64,000 nucleotides of DNA. It comes from Candidatus Gottesmanbacteria bacterium (lineage in GTDB: Bacteria; Patescibacteriota; Microgenomatia; UBA10105; UBA927). Positions 30,025 through 39,803 of this stretch are shown in pieces (the first letter of the stretch is position 1; each line of letters opens with the position of its first letter). The notes beneath the pieces are model-generated. The model ran no database searches and was not told the origin of the DNA. It worked only from the letters and a program-made list of their open reading frames with translations. The position numbers and the translations under genes were made by a program. The stretch is from contig JAHFKN010000002.1 of the NCBI GenBank assembly GCA_023245355.1, forward strand, positions 8,460 to 72,459, read 5' to 3'.

Positions 30025-30063
30025 AAAAATCACCCCGGGGAAACCGGGGTGATTTTGCTTTTT
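30023..30063. terminator. Bidirectional intrinsic terminator
   Basis: AAAAAAA-ATCACCCCGG-ggaaa-CCGGGGTGAT-TTTgcTTTTT between convergent GIY-YIG (+) and RRM (-) genes. Confidence 0.7.
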
Positions 30064-30080
30064 GAATTCAAAAAATCCTC

Positions 30081-30515
30081 TTACCAATCTCTTCCTCCGC
30101 GGTCATCTCCGCCGCCTCGTCTGTCGTAGCCGCCACGACCTCCGCGGTCATCGCGCCTACCACCTCCAAATCCACCTCTTCCTCCGCCTCCCCGATTACC
30201 ACCGCCGTATCCACCGCCTCCGCCACCCCTATATCCACCGCCACTTCCACCGCGATTTTCACGGGGAGCCATAGGTTTGGCTTCGTTGACGACGATTGAA
30301 CGACCATCGAGTTGCGTTCCGTTCAAATCCTGGATAGCTTTCGCTGCGTCATCGGGATTGCTCATTTCAACAAATCCGAATCCGCGGGATTTACCGGTAA
30401 ACTTATCGGTAATCACCTGAGCACTCGCGACAGGACCTACCTGCGCAAAATGATTCTTAAGCGTATCTTCTGTCGTATCCCAGGAAAGTCCCCCAACAAA
30501 TAATTTAGCTGCCAT
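30081..30515 (-). CDS. RRM-domain glycine-rich RNA-binding protein
   Basis: RNP2 KLFVGGL, RNP1 RGFGFVEM, and a C-terminal GGGYRGG/RGG low-complexity tail. Confidence 0.85.
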   Translation of the reverse strand: MAAKLFVGGLSWDTTEDTLKNHFAQVGPVASAQVITDKFTGKSRGFGFVEMSNPDDAAKAIQDLNGTQLDGRSIVVNEAKPMAPRENRGGSGGGYRGGGGGGYGGGNRGGGGRGGFGGGRRDDRGGRGGYDRRGGGDDRGGRDW

Positions 30516-30638
30516 TTCTTAAATTCACCTCCCACCTAACACCAATCTATCACGTACCTATTCAACACAAGGGGAACAGTATACGAACAGAATGGCTGAA
30601 TAGCTCTATTGTATCACGTAAACACCATATTGTGCGGG

Positions 30639-30666
30639 TTGCCTTATCGGTTCAATTTGATAAAAT
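30639..30666 (+). promoter_or_regulatory. Putative sigma70-like promoter for tRNA (TTGCCT-16-TAAAAT)
   Basis: -35/-10-like hexamers with 16-nt spacing; the -10 ends 12 nt before the tRNA 5' end. Confidence 0.35.
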
Positions 30667-30678
30667 GTGAAAACAGTT

Positions 30679-30750
30679 GCCAGCGTAGCTCAGTGGCAGA
30701 GCAGTGCCTTCATAAGGCATGTGTCGCAGGTCCGAATCCCGCCGCTGGCA
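30679..30750 (+). tRNA. tRNA with CAT anticodon (elongator Met or Ile2/lysidine type; no encoded CCA)
   Basis: Acceptor GCCAGCG/CGCTGGC, D-arm GCTC-AGTGGCA-GAGC, anticodon arm GTGCC-TTCATAA-GGCAT, T-arm GCAGG-TCCGAAT-CCCGC with one A-C mismatch, discriminator A. Confidence 0.7.
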
Positions 30751-30767
30751 CAAAATAAAAATCCCCG

Positions 30768-31115
30768 CTAATAGAAGAGCCGTACCCATTTTTTCCAATT
30801 CGGTCCCGCCTCATCACTCCCGCTTTTTTGGGCCTTAGGCTCACGGTCAGGCAATATGACCATCATTTCCCCTTCCCGCACCATACCAAGCTTATCCCGT
30901 GCCACCCGCTCAACATAGTCCTCTCCTTTGATATCCGTGAGTGAATCCTGAAGTCGTTTATTCGTCTCCTGTAACCCGGTAAGCTCCCGCTCGCGCTCAC
31001 GTACAACCCCCTTGCGCGCCCAAAGGTTTATGATAGTGCCCCCCGCACTTACGCACAAAACGAGGCTGACTCCCCAGATAATAATCGTGCGTAATTGAAG
31101 CTGATTTTTGGTCAT
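30768..31115 (-). CDS. FtsB/DivIC-like septum formation initiator
   Basis: N-terminal TM, coiled coil, and YVERVARDKLGMVREGE C-terminal motif. Confidence 0.6.
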   Translation of the reverse strand: MTKNQLQLRTIIIWGVSLVLCVSAGGTIINLWARKGVVRERERELTGLQETNKRLQDSLTDIKGEDYVERVARDKLGMVREGEMMVILPDREPKAQKSGSDEAGPNWKKWVRLFY

Positions 31116-31223
31116 ACTGTTGCGCTTAGGTCTAGTATATGATATTATAGGCTTTAAGAAAAACAGGCTATATCACGTTCCTCAATTCCCTGCTCCAATT
31201 GAAGCGAATGTAGCCCTACACAC

Positions 31224-32084
31224 ATGACGCTCGATCTTAAAACTGCCCACAGACAATTTGTAGAACACCTCGAAAGCAGGCGGCGTGCCCACGCCACTAT
31301 CGTAGCATACAGCAAAGATATCGAGCAGCTTGTCGCATTCCTGACAAACGCCGGAAAAAAGGACATTCTTACCGTTTCACGCGAAGAACTCGAAGCATTT
31401 TTGAAAAAACTTGCAGCCGACAGCTACACACCTAAATCCATTTCCCGAAAAATCAATTCCATGAAGACATTTTACCGGTTTCTCAAAACCACGGGAGTTA
31501 TGACTATTGATCCCGCAAGCGATATTGAACACCCCAAATATGACGTCAAACCCCCGAGAATTTTATCAAAACTCGAATACCGCGCGCTTCGGGACGCATG
31601 CCGCGGAGATGTGCGGACACACGCGATCGTTGAATTATTCCTGCAGACGGGTCTTCGGATCGGTGAACTTGCCAATCTGAGCCTGAATGACATGCATGAA
31701 ACGGAGCTTCATGTTGCCGCCCAGGAAGGGCACATCGAGCGCATGGTGCCGCTTAACCGGGCCGGACGCGAAGCACTGGACGCATGGCTAAAAGTGCGGG
31801 CAGCGGGAGCCAAATCACCGGCGCTGTTTATCACGAAAACCGGCCGTCCGTTACTGATCCGCAACATACGGACTGCTATTGACCGGTATTTCAAGGTCGC
31901 AGGAATAGAGGATGCCAAAGTAAACGATTTACGGCACACATTTATCGCCCACCATCTCATGTCCGGCACACCGATTACCACCATAAGTAAACTGGTCGGC
32001 CACAAGCGGCTTTCTACCACGGAAAAATATCTCGAATTTATCAAGGATAAACCCGTCGACCACGTTAAGCTGGAAGAGCTCTGA
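31224..32084 (+). CDS. Tyrosine recombinase (XerC/XerD-family integrase)
   Basis: C-terminal catalytic region LRHTFIAHHLMSGTPITTISKLVGHKRLSTTEKYL (R..H..R..Y) and an N-terminal SAM-like domain. Confidence 0.8.
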   Translation: MTLDLKTAHRQFVEHLESRRRAHATIVAYSKDIEQLVAFLTNAGKKDILTVSREELEAFLKKLAADSYTPKSISRKINSMKTFYRFLKTTGVMTIDPASDIEHPKYDVKPPRILSKLEYRALRDACRGDVRTHAIVELFLQTGLRIGELANLSLNDMHETELHVAAQEGHIERMVPLNRAGREALDAWLKVRAAGAKSPALFITKTGRPLLIRNIRTAIDRYFKVAGIEDAKVNDLRHTFIAHHLMSGTPITTISKLVGHKRLSTTEKYLEFIKDKPVDHVKLEEL

Positions 32085-32181
32085 TTCTTGCCGGCACGCT
32101 CCCGTAAGACAAACGATTTCCCCCGTTATGATTCCCCGCGATCGCTTGCCGTGGCGCTCCCTACTACGCTACAATTGCCCT

Positions 32182-34359
32182 ATGGATAAGAACTTCGTCC
32201 CAAAAACCGTTGAAGAAACCGTGTATAAGACATGGGAGTCAGGCGGATATTTTACCCCGGTAATAGACCCAGGTAAAAAGCCGTTCTCCGTGCTGCTCCC
32301 TCCTCCGAATGCCAATGCGGATCTGCATGTGGGGCACGCAATGTATGTCATCGAAGACATTATGATCCGTTTCCACCGTATGAAAGGTGACCCGACACTT
32401 TGGCTTCCGGGAGCTGATCATGCGGGATTTGAGACACAGTATGTCTATGAAAAACATCTCGCCAAACAAGGGAAAAGCCGGTTTGATTTTGACCGCGAAA
32501 CACTCTATCGGGATATCTGGAATTTCGTTCATGAAAACCGCGGAAAAATGGAAAACCAACTGCGGAGACTGGGGTTCTCGCTCGACTGGAGCCGCAATAT
32601 TTTTACGCTTAATCCCAACGTTATTAAAACGGTGTATGCCTCATTCAAACAACTCTCAGACGAAGGATTGGTATACCGTGATTCCCGATTAGTAAACTAC
32701 TGCACGAAGGACGGCACCGGATTTTCAGATCTTGAAGTGCTGTATGTAGAGCGGAACGATCCGATGTATTACATGAAATACGGGCCGTTTACTATCGCGA
32801 CGGCGCGGCCGGAAACCAAGTTCCGGGACACCGCATTGGCCGTGAATCCCAAGGATAAACGGTACAAAAAATATATCGGGCAGACCCTTCAGATTATGGG
32901 ATTATTAGGTCCCGTTTCCATGACCGTCATTCCGGATGCTGAGGTAGATCCTGAATTCGGAACGGGTATTATGAAAGTAACACCCGCTCATGATCCGCAT
33001 GATTTCGAACTCGGAAAGAAATTTAACCTTCCGGTCACTCCGATTATAGATTTCCGCGGAAAAATGGACTTTTCCTGGTTTTTAAACCAGCCCGATATTG
33101 ATCCGAAATACCGTGAACGCGCGGAAAAATACCACGGCAAAAAAGTCGCAGTCGTACGCCCGCTTATGGTAGAAGATCTCAAAGCAGACGGCCTGCTTGT
33201 AAAAATTGACGAGGCATATTCACACCGCGTCGGGACCTGCTGGAAATGCGGTACAGTGATCGAACCGCTCCCGCTTGAACAGTGGTACGTAAAGGTCGAG
33301 CCGTTGGCCAAAAAAGCTATCGAGGCCATCAAAAAGAAAAAGGTCACGTTTGTGCCGAAGCGTTTTGAAAAAACAGCAAAACAATGGCTTACCAATTTCC
33401 ATGATTGGAACATCAGCCGCCAGAATGTCTGGGGTATCCGTATTCCGGCATGGAAATGCACTGCGTGCGCATCCTGGACGATCACAGACGGTTCTGTGCC
33501 CTCTTCCTGTTATTCCTGCGGGTCGGACGCAATAATACAAGACACGGACACGTTTGATACCTGGTTTTCTTCCGGACAATGGCCGTTTGCCACACTGAAG
33601 GCAACAAAGCAGGGTGACTTTGATTACTTCTATCCGACATCCGTCATGGAAACCGGATATGACATTCTCCCCTGGTGGGTTTGCCGCATGCTCATGCTGG
33701 GCATTCATTTGACCGGCAAAGTACCGTTTGAGACGGTATATCTCCATGGTCTCGTCCGTGACGGAAAAGGCCAGAAGATGAGCAAATCTAAAGGCAACGT
33801 CATTAATCCGCTGGAAATGATCGACAAATACGGAGCCGATGCACTCAGGATGGCACTCGTGTTCGGCACGGGCGCGGGGAATGACCAGTCACTGGCTGAA
33901 GATAAAATCCGCGGCATGAGGAACTTTTCGAATAAACTTTGGAATATCGCCCGGTTTTTATCTTTGTATCTTGATAAATTCGGAATTTCTGAGTTTAATC
34001 AGCTTCCGCCCTACGCAGGAAACCGAAGAAAACATGACGACCAAATGACATCGGCGGTAACTGAACTTACCAAAAAAGTTACGAAGCATATGGAGAAATA
34101 TCAGTTCTCAGACGCGGCAAATGCAATTTACGAATTTGCATGGCATACCTTTGCAGATCAATATATCGAACAAAGCAAGCCGCTTCTTGAAGCCGGAGAC
34201 AAACAGACACTCGCCACCCTTATTAATGTCTTCTATGCCATACTTACACTTCTCCACCCGTTCATGCCGTTTATTACGGAAGAAATCTGGAGCAAGCTTC
34301 CGAAAGCATCAGAGGATCCTCTTATTATTTCCTCCTGGCCGGGCAGTAAACAGAGCTAG
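32182..34359 (+). CDS. valS: Valine--tRNA ligase (short form lacking C-terminal coiled-coil)
   Basis: PPPNANADLHVGHA HIGH region, KMSKS (GQKMSKSKGNV), and an editing domain. Start placed at MDKNF; the ORF opens at 32128. Confidence 0.85.
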   Translation: MDKNFVPKTVEETVYKTWESGGYFTPVIDPGKKPFSVLLPPPNANADLHVGHAMYVIEDIMIRFHRMKGDPTLWLPGADHAGFETQYVYEKHLAKQGKSRFDFDRETLYRDIWNFVHENRGKMENQLRRLGFSLDWSRNIFTLNPNVIKTVYASFKQLSDEGLVYRDSRLVNYCTKDGTGFSDLEVLYVERNDPMYYMKYGPFTIATARPETKFRDTALAVNPKDKRYKKYIGQTLQIMGLLGPVSMTVIPDAEVDPEFGTGIMKVTPAHDPHDFELGKKFNLPVTPIIDFRGKMDFSWFLNQPDIDPKYRERAEKYHGKKVAVVRPLMVEDLKADGLLVKIDEAYSHRVGTCWKCGTVIEPLPLEQWYVKVEPLAKKAIEAIKKKKVTFVPKRFEKTAKQWLTNFHDWNISRQNVWGIRIPAWKCTACASWTITDGSVPSSCYSCGSDAIIQDTDTFDTWFSSGQWPFATLKATKQGDFDYFYPTSVMETGYDILPWWVCRMLMLGIHLTGKVPFETVYLHGLVRDGKGQKMSKSKGNVINPLEMIDKYGADALRMALVFGTGAGNDQSLAEDKIRGMRNFSNKLWNIARFLSLYLDKFGISEFNQLPPYAGNRRKHDDQMTSAVTELTKKVTKHMEKYQFSDAANAIYEFAWHTFADQYIEQSKPLLEAGDKQTLATLINVFYAILTLLHPFMPFITEEIWSKLPKASEDPLIISSWPGSKQS

Positions 34360-35375
34360 CTTCCGGATGTGGTAGCAACGGGCGTAGAGGTCGGAATGCC
34401 GATGGTCGGCTGTGCAGCCGGAGTGCCGGTTGATGCGCCTTTAGCAGTAAATGATTTGATAACCTCATCAAAAAGCGCGTCATCTTTTACAAAATCAGAC
34501 GTGATCCCTGCGGGTGCGAAATGGTTAAATTCTATCGCAAGTGTTTCTGAAACCGGCATAAGTATGCCGCGCATCGCCGTAAATGTGTACCCTCCTCCGG
34601 TTCTTCCGTTAAAATTCCCCGTATATTCATAGGCATACGCGCCGCCGAATACCCCCTGTTTCATGGTAAATTCACGCCCTGCCGCATCAGTAAGAATCGC
34701 TCCCCTGAAATCAGGCAACAACTGACCTTTTCCGCGGGCGGCCACGGTAAACCGGGTACCTCCCGGCAAATTGGTTCCCTGCGATGCACAACTCTGACTG
34801 TCGCAAGTAGGCGCCTTTACCCCGGTTGGTAATTTATACGACAACCCGGGTATCGGTTTTTTCGTCGCTCCGCTTATGACATCATATGTTTGCCAGTCGG
34901 ATACCGGTGCTATTGCGGATGAACTGGATTCAGGAGCAGAAGCGGGGCTGATATTTGCCGAGGGCGCTAACGTCGGCACAACCAATTCGTCGCTGACCGA
35001 AGAAGTGAAAAATGACCGCAACTGACTGCTCAACCACACACCAAGACCGAATAAGAGAATAATAAATAAAGCCGTGCCAATCCGGTTGCTCCCTGATTTT
35101 TTGAGTACCTGAGGGGGTAAAACAGTGACGCCGGGAGAATGTTCCGCCGTTGCCTCCGGCGGGCCCTGGAATACACGTGCAGCCTCCGATACCACCTCAT
35201 CGCGCGCCTCATCATCTGTCTTTGGTACATCCCCGTTTTCCCTCGCTACCTCGCCTGACGCGGGATCAATGATGGGTGTCTCCTCAATCGGAAGCGGCGA
35301 TTTATCTGCGTCTGTTTTCAGCGGTTCATCCGGCATACTACTTTGTATTGTTTCATTGTTGATGACGTGTTTCAA
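34356..35375 (-). CDS. Hypothetical Pro/Ser/Thr-rich membrane-anchored protein
   Basis: Disordered N-terminal region, one TM (IGTALFIILLFGLGVWL), and a C-terminal ~200-aa domain. Confidence 0.4.
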   Translation of the reverse strand: MKHVINNETIQSSMPDEPLKTDADKSPLPIEETPIIDPASGEVARENGDVPKTDDEARDEVVSEAARVFQGPPEATAEHSPGVTVLPPQVLKKSGSNRIGTALFIILLFGLGVWLSSQLRSFFTSSVSDELVVPTLAPSANISPASAPESSSSAIAPVSDWQTYDVISGATKKPIPGLSYKLPTGVKAPTCDSQSCASQGTNLPGGTRFTVAARGKGQLLPDFRGAILTDAAGREFTMKQGVFGGAYAYEYTGNFNGRTGGGYTFTAMRGILMPVSETLAIEFNHFAPAGITSDFVKDDALFDEVIKSFTAKGASTGTPAAQPTIGIPTSTPVATTSGS

Positions 35376-35420
35376 GATATCTGTATACGTACGCGCAAAA
35401 AAATAGCGCTGTTACAGCAT

Positions 35421-36620
35421 CTATTTCCTGACAAACAGGATGGCGTTGGGAATATTTCTTCCGGGTCCGACTTTGTACCCGCCGCTCCACAATGCCGTCG
35501 ACCCTCCGTTATCCAGATTTAATGCATTATCAAACCCTAAAGCCTTTAACACATGGGCTACCTCAGCGACAGTCGCGCTGTGAACGACGCCGATATACGC
35601 AATCGTCCCTTTGTTTCCGACAAAGCTTCTGTTTCCGCGGCTCCCCCTTTTCGGATCATCATCTCCGCCGAATACGATATTGCCGCCCGACAAAAGAAGC
35701 GGCTGCATTGCCAAAACGCTATCAGGACTCGTGTCCCTACCCCAATCAAGTGATCGTCCCACAAACCGCATGGATCCGGAAAGAAATATGACGGCGGGCA
35801 CCGTACTGTACACGTTATTATCTGAGTTGAAATACACTTTATTTTTATTCATAAGCAGCGTATCAAAAGAATTTTTTTTGTCCGCACAGCTCGGGTAATC
35901 CGCGGGACAGAAATATGACGCATTAATACCGGCAAACGCGCCGCTCCTGGAAACGTAGTCAGCAAGCGGCAACGCCGGACAGTCTTTTGTACACGTACTG
36001 TCAGAGGCGGTATCTACAATAATCCGGGTGCTTCCCATGTCAGCCGCCACGATATCGACTAAATATGTTCCGGTATCTGCTTTAACCGACTGCCTGCTGA
36101 AGCCCCCGGAGGGAGGCGCATTATTTTCCGGCACATTAGCCGGAATGACAAAACTTGCCGCAATCTTTTCCCTGAGAGCAAGAATATCTTTGGTAATTCC
36201 TGTCAGCTGGGCTGAAGCCGTCGACCATTGCCGTTTTGATAACAGCGACAAACTTCCGGCTAACTGCTCGTCTAATTTCCCGGTATCCTTTGTCAGGGCG
36301 CGGAGATCAATGAGTTCCTCATACGTTTTTACTGCCTGATCATAGGTGCGCTGTATATCGGAAATCTCACGGGAGAGCGTTTCATTTTTCACAAACTGAT
36401 CTTCACTGCGGATAATCTGCAGCTCATGCTCTAAACGGGTAATTTCTACTTCCGCCTGAGATTTCTCAGCCTGCAGTATCTTATTCTGACCCTGAAAAAC
36501 GGCGGTGGAAAAAAGGGCAAGACCGATGACCATAAGCACCGTCACTAGGATGAACAGGGGTATCTTGGGAATTCTGAGATGGGTGGGTGGTTTTACCCAT
36601 TGGGGCAAATGAACGCTCAT
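35421..36620 (-). CDS. Membrane-anchored coiled-coil protein with phosphodiester glycosidase (DUF2233/NAGPA-like) domain
   Basis: C-terminal VGNKGTIAYIGVV...NALNLDNGGSTALW. Confidence 0.55.
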   Translation of the reverse strand: MSVHLPQWVKPPTHLRIPKIPLFILVTVLMVIGLALFSTAVFQGQNKILQAEKSQAEVEITRLEHELQIIRSEDQFVKNETLSREISDIQRTYDQAVKTYEELIDLRALTKDTGKLDEQLAGSLSLLSKRQWSTASAQLTGITKDILALREKIAASFVIPANVPENNAPPSGGFSRQSVKADTGTYLVDIVAADMGSTRIIVDTASDSTCTKDCPALPLADYVSRSGAFAGINASYFCPADYPSCADKKNSFDTLLMNKNKVYFNSDNNVYSTVPAVIFLSGSMRFVGRSLDWGRDTSPDSVLAMQPLLLSGGNIVFGGDDDPKRGSRGNRSFVGNKGTIAYIGVVHSATVAEVAHVLKALGFDNALNLDNGGSTALWSGGYKVGPGRNIPNAILFVRK

Positions 36621-36641
36621 GCATCCAGTATACAGAATGCA

Positions 36642-37205
36642 TCAGCCTCTTTCCAAATACGTGGCGGTCTCCGGATCAATGCCGATAGTGTCGCCTTCTT
36701 TAATAAATAACGGCACGGTGATAACCGCACCTGTTTCAACAACGACTGTTTTCGTGGCTCCCGTTGCAGTGTTCCCTTTTGCCCCATCGTCCGCTTCCGT
36801 TACCTTAAGCCATACTTTTTTGGGGAAACGGACTCCTACGGCATCTTCCCCGTATACCAACACCTGATAGGTATCATTCGGTTTTAAGTATTTGATAAAT
36901 CCCTCAAGCAAACTTTCGGAAATGTTGTATTGTTCGTAATTAAAATTATCCATAAACACATACGCTTCGCCTTCTTTGTATAAGTATTGCATCTCTCTGG
37001 TTTCAATCGGAAGCTCCTCCACAGACTCTCCGGATTTGTAGGTAAATTCTATAACTTTCCCGGATTTAAGACTCTTGAGTTTTGCCCGGACGAACGCACT
37101 CCCCTTCCCGGGATTCACGAACTGAAAGTCCGCTATCTGGTTCGGCTCTCCGCGGAACTCGATAAAGTTCCCTTTTTTGAAATTTGCAGTTGTAATAGTC
37201 GCCAT
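36642..37205 (-). CDS. efp: Elongation factor P
   Basis: Full-length EF-P with the modification loop NPGKGSAF, which has a conserved Lys. Confidence 0.95.
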   Translation of the reverse strand: MATITTANFKKGNFIEFRGEPNQIADFQFVNPGKGSAFVRAKLKSLKSGKVIEFTYKSGESVEELPIETREMQYLYKEGEAYVFMDNFNYEQYNISESLLEGFIKYLKPNDTYQVLVYGEDAVGVRFPKKVWLKVTEADDGAKGNTATGATKTVVVETGAVITVPLFIKEGDTIGIDPETATYLERG

Positions 37206-37271
37206 ACGGTAAAATAAAAACCCCTCTGTGCGGGAGTTCTATTATCCCACGGGCACGGGTAAATGGCAAGA

Positions 37272-37730
37272 TTAGAGGGTAAATTTTATGACCTTCCTCG
37301 CATACGCACCGCCGCGCCTCTCATAAAAACGGTGTGCATCCGTAAGCGGCAAACTGGACGTTAACTCAATCGTGCAAATGCCCTGCTTTTTCGCGTATGT
37401 TTTAATAAACTCCAGAAGCTGAGAGCCGATTCCCATTTTTCGGAACGCTTTATCCACGACGAAATCATCGATGTGAGCAAACGGTTTGCCGGTGATGAAA
37501 TCCGTGAGGATAAAAAAGGTTGCTACTCCGAGAATATCCGCTTGTTCCTCCGCGACAAATACTCTCCTATCATCGCGCTTCATCGCTTCATCGTAATTAC
37601 GCTTTCCGAGTTCGTGGGCGCGGACATTATCGGGATCAAAGTGAACGCGTTCATTTACCACTTCCCCCAGCTGATTTAAAAGCCGCAGCACTTGTGTGCG
37701 GTCAGAAGGTTTCGCAAGCCGGATGATCAT
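37272..37730 (-). CDS. GNAT-family N-acetyltransferase
   Basis: Acetyl-CoA motif region FRKMGIGSQLLEFIKTYAKKQG. Start at MIIRLAKP; the ORF extends to 37835. Confidence 0.7.
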   Translation of the reverse strand: MIIRLAKPSDRTQVLRLLNQLGEVVNERVHFDPDNVRAHELGKRNYDEAMKRDDRRVFVAEEQADILGVATFFILTDFITGKPFAHIDDFVVDKAFRKMGIGSQLLEFIKTYAKKQGICTIELTSSLPLTDAHRFYERRGGAYARKVIKFTL

Positions 37731-38821
37731 AAAGAGAACAATTCTTCTCCCGGAAACAGCAACGTCTCTTGTATTGTCTTCGCGTTCGCAAATAACATGA
37801 TAAGGCGGTCCACACCTACTGCAATACCGCTGCACTCAGGCAACCCTACTTTGAGGGCATCGATAAAATCATGATCATAGTCATACATCGTCTTTCCGAG
37901 CCGGGCAATTTCTTTGAGTTCATTTTCGAATCTCCCCTGTTGCTCTTCCCAATCAGTCAATTCACTGTAACAATCCCCGAGCTCCAACCCCTCAATATAG
38001 AACTCAAAGCGTTCTGCAAACCGGGGATCTGATTGTTTTTTCCGTGCGAGCGCCCCCATGACCCCCGGAAACTCATATAGCACCGTCGGCTTACCGCGTC
38101 CCAGGTGCGGCTCTACTTCATTTAAAAATATCTGGTTGTACAACTCTTCCCAGGTTGTTTGCTTTTCTACCGTATATCCTTTTTTTTCTGCGATATTGCG
38201 GGCTTTTTTCATATCAAAAAACTCATCGAAGTTCACCCCTGCCCACTTCGCAAATGCTTCGGCCACGGTCATCCGCTCCCACGGAGCCGCAAGATGTATG
38301 TCTTTCCCCTGGTATACAAGCACTTTCGGCTGAAGTTCTTCCGACTGCTCATCTATACGCTGCAGATAGGTATTAATAAACAGGAATAATTCTTCACAGT
38401 CCTTCATAATTTCATGGTAATCGACACCTACCCTATACCACTCCAGAATCGTAAATTCCGGATTATGCAATGAACTTTGTGTCTCCATATTGCGGAAACT
38501 TTTAGTAAGAGCAAAACAGTTTCCCATGCCCGCCACCATGAGTTTTTTGAGCGGCACTTCCGGTGAGGTGGATAAATATGCTTCCCTGGGTTTCCTGTTA
38601 CGGTCAAACAGCGTTGTTTCAAATACATCAAGATAGCTTTCTGCGGGCGGGTGTGCAATCAGGATCGGCGTTTCTACTTCATGAAACTGTCTGTCTTCAA
38701 AAAATAGCCGTATCGCGCGCAGCACCTTCTCACGGACAAAATACCGCTGCCAAAGCCGGGGATTTTTTTTGAGTAGTCGCCACGTGGTCATAGATATATG
38801 GTCCAAAACGTACACACACAA
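37727..38821 (-). CDS. epmA: EF-P lysyltransferase EpmA (class II LysRS paralog without anticodon-binding domain)
   Basis: Class II motifs FHEVETPIL, FRNMETQSSLHNPEFTILEWY and GLPECSGIAVGVDRLIML. The C-terminal block AERFEFYIEGLELGDCYSELTDWEEQQGRFE closely parallels E. coli EpmA. Confidence 0.8.
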   Translation of the reverse strand: MCVYVLDHISMTTWRLLKKNPRLWQRYFVREKVLRAIRLFFEDRQFHEVETPILIAHPPAESYLDVFETTLFDRNRKPREAYLSTSPEVPLKKLMVAGMGNCFALTKSFRNMETQSSLHNPEFTILEWYRVGVDYHEIMKDCEELFLFINTYLQRIDEQSEELQPKVLVYQGKDIHLAAPWERMTVAEAFAKWAGVNFDEFFDMKKARNIAEKKGYTVEKQTTWEELYNQIFLNEVEPHLGRGKPTVLYEFPGVMGALARKKQSDPRFAERFEFYIEGLELGDCYSELTDWEEQQGRFENELKEIARLGKTMYDYDHDFIDALKVGLPECSGIAVGVDRLIMLFANAKTIQETLLFPGEELFSL

Positions 38822-38843
38822 GCGATACTCCGGGCCACCACCT

Positions 38844-39095
38844 CTATTTCTTCCGACGCATCAAATGATTCGCCGGCGTGGTAAAAATTTTTGCCACAAA
38901 CATAAGGTAGATAAATTCCAGAATGCCGAGCGTATGAACCAGAAGAAAAACGATAAACCATATGTTGTGACCGCGTCGTGCACTATGCCATAACGCCATC
39001 GCGGACCACACGAGTGACCATAACGCGAGAATTCCTATCCCTACTCCTAAAAAGGATTCTACATTTACTCTGCCGTTACCCAAATACCATGGCAT
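38844..39095 (-). CDS. Small two-helix membrane protein
   Basis: 83 aa with hydrophobic helices. Confidence 0.3.
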   Translation of the reverse strand: MPWYLGNGRVNVESFLGVGIGILALWSLVWSAMALWHSARRGHNIWFIVFLLVHTLGILEFIYLMFVAKIFTTPANHLMRRKK

Positions 39096-39101
39096 ATTTT
39101 T

Positions 39102-39794
39102 TTAGAGGAACTTCATGACGTTCGATTTTTGGCGAAGTTCCAAAAACCAGGATTGCAATTTTTCACTGACTGTATTGCCGATAATCGCTTTCTTCGCTTC
39201 CTCGCGGAGCGTTGCCGGCTCGGTAGCAGTAAGCAATGCGCGGTTTGTCGCAATATAATTATCGATATCCGTTTCTGTAATTGTCAGGTCGCGGCTCAAT
39301 AACTTTTCAACAGTGAGCTGCATTTTTAACTGCTGATTAAAATCATTTTCCGTTAATCCCTGAAACTTCAGAAAATCCTGCAGGTTTACTTCTGTTCCCA
39401 AACTTGAAAGAATTTCTTTCTGTTTATCCTGTATATCCGCATTTGTGATGACGACACCGGATTTTTTGGCTTCATTGGCGATTAACACCTCGCCGATCAT
39501 GCCTTCCAATGTCTGCTGTCCGTATCTGGTCCGCAACGTATGATTTAACTGCCAGCTGAAAATCGGCTTTCCGTTTACGATTGCCGCCAACACCAAGCCT
39601 TTATTTGCAGCAGCAAGCACCATAAATAACACCGCAAGACCAATAAGAACCCAGCGCCACGGAAACACCGGACGGCGTGTTATAACAGGAACTGACGACT
39701 CAAATTGCGGAGGGACGGGAACGGAAGATTTTTTTACTGATGCTTTTTTTGCCATAATGTAAGATGAATAATTTGTATAATGTGTACCTCTCAT
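39102..39794 (-). CDS. SurA N-terminal-domain-like membrane-anchored chaperone/PPIase-associated protein
   Basis: TM anchor followed by a SurA_N-like region. Alternative start MAKKAS at 39755. Confidence 0.45.
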   Translation of the reverse strand: MRGTHYTNYSSYIMAKKASVKKSSVPVPPQFESSVPVITRRPVFPWRWVLIGLAVLFMVLAAANKGLVLAAIVNGKPIFSWQLNHTLRTRYGQQTLEGMIGEVLIANEAKKSGVVITNADIQDKQKEILSSLGTEVNLQDFLKFQGLTENDFNQQLKMQLTVEKLLSRDLTITETDIDNYIATNRALLTATEPATLREEAKKAIIGNTVSEKLQSWFLELRQKSNVMKFL

Positions 39795-39803
39795 TAGAGG
39801 TAC
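39784..39803. promoter_or_regulatory. Perfect 8-bp inverted repeat GTACCTCT-catt-AGAGGTAC at the 5' end of the SurA-like gene
   Basis: Seen directly. Adjacent tTGtATAATg extended -10-like element at 39771-39779. Confidence 0.3.
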
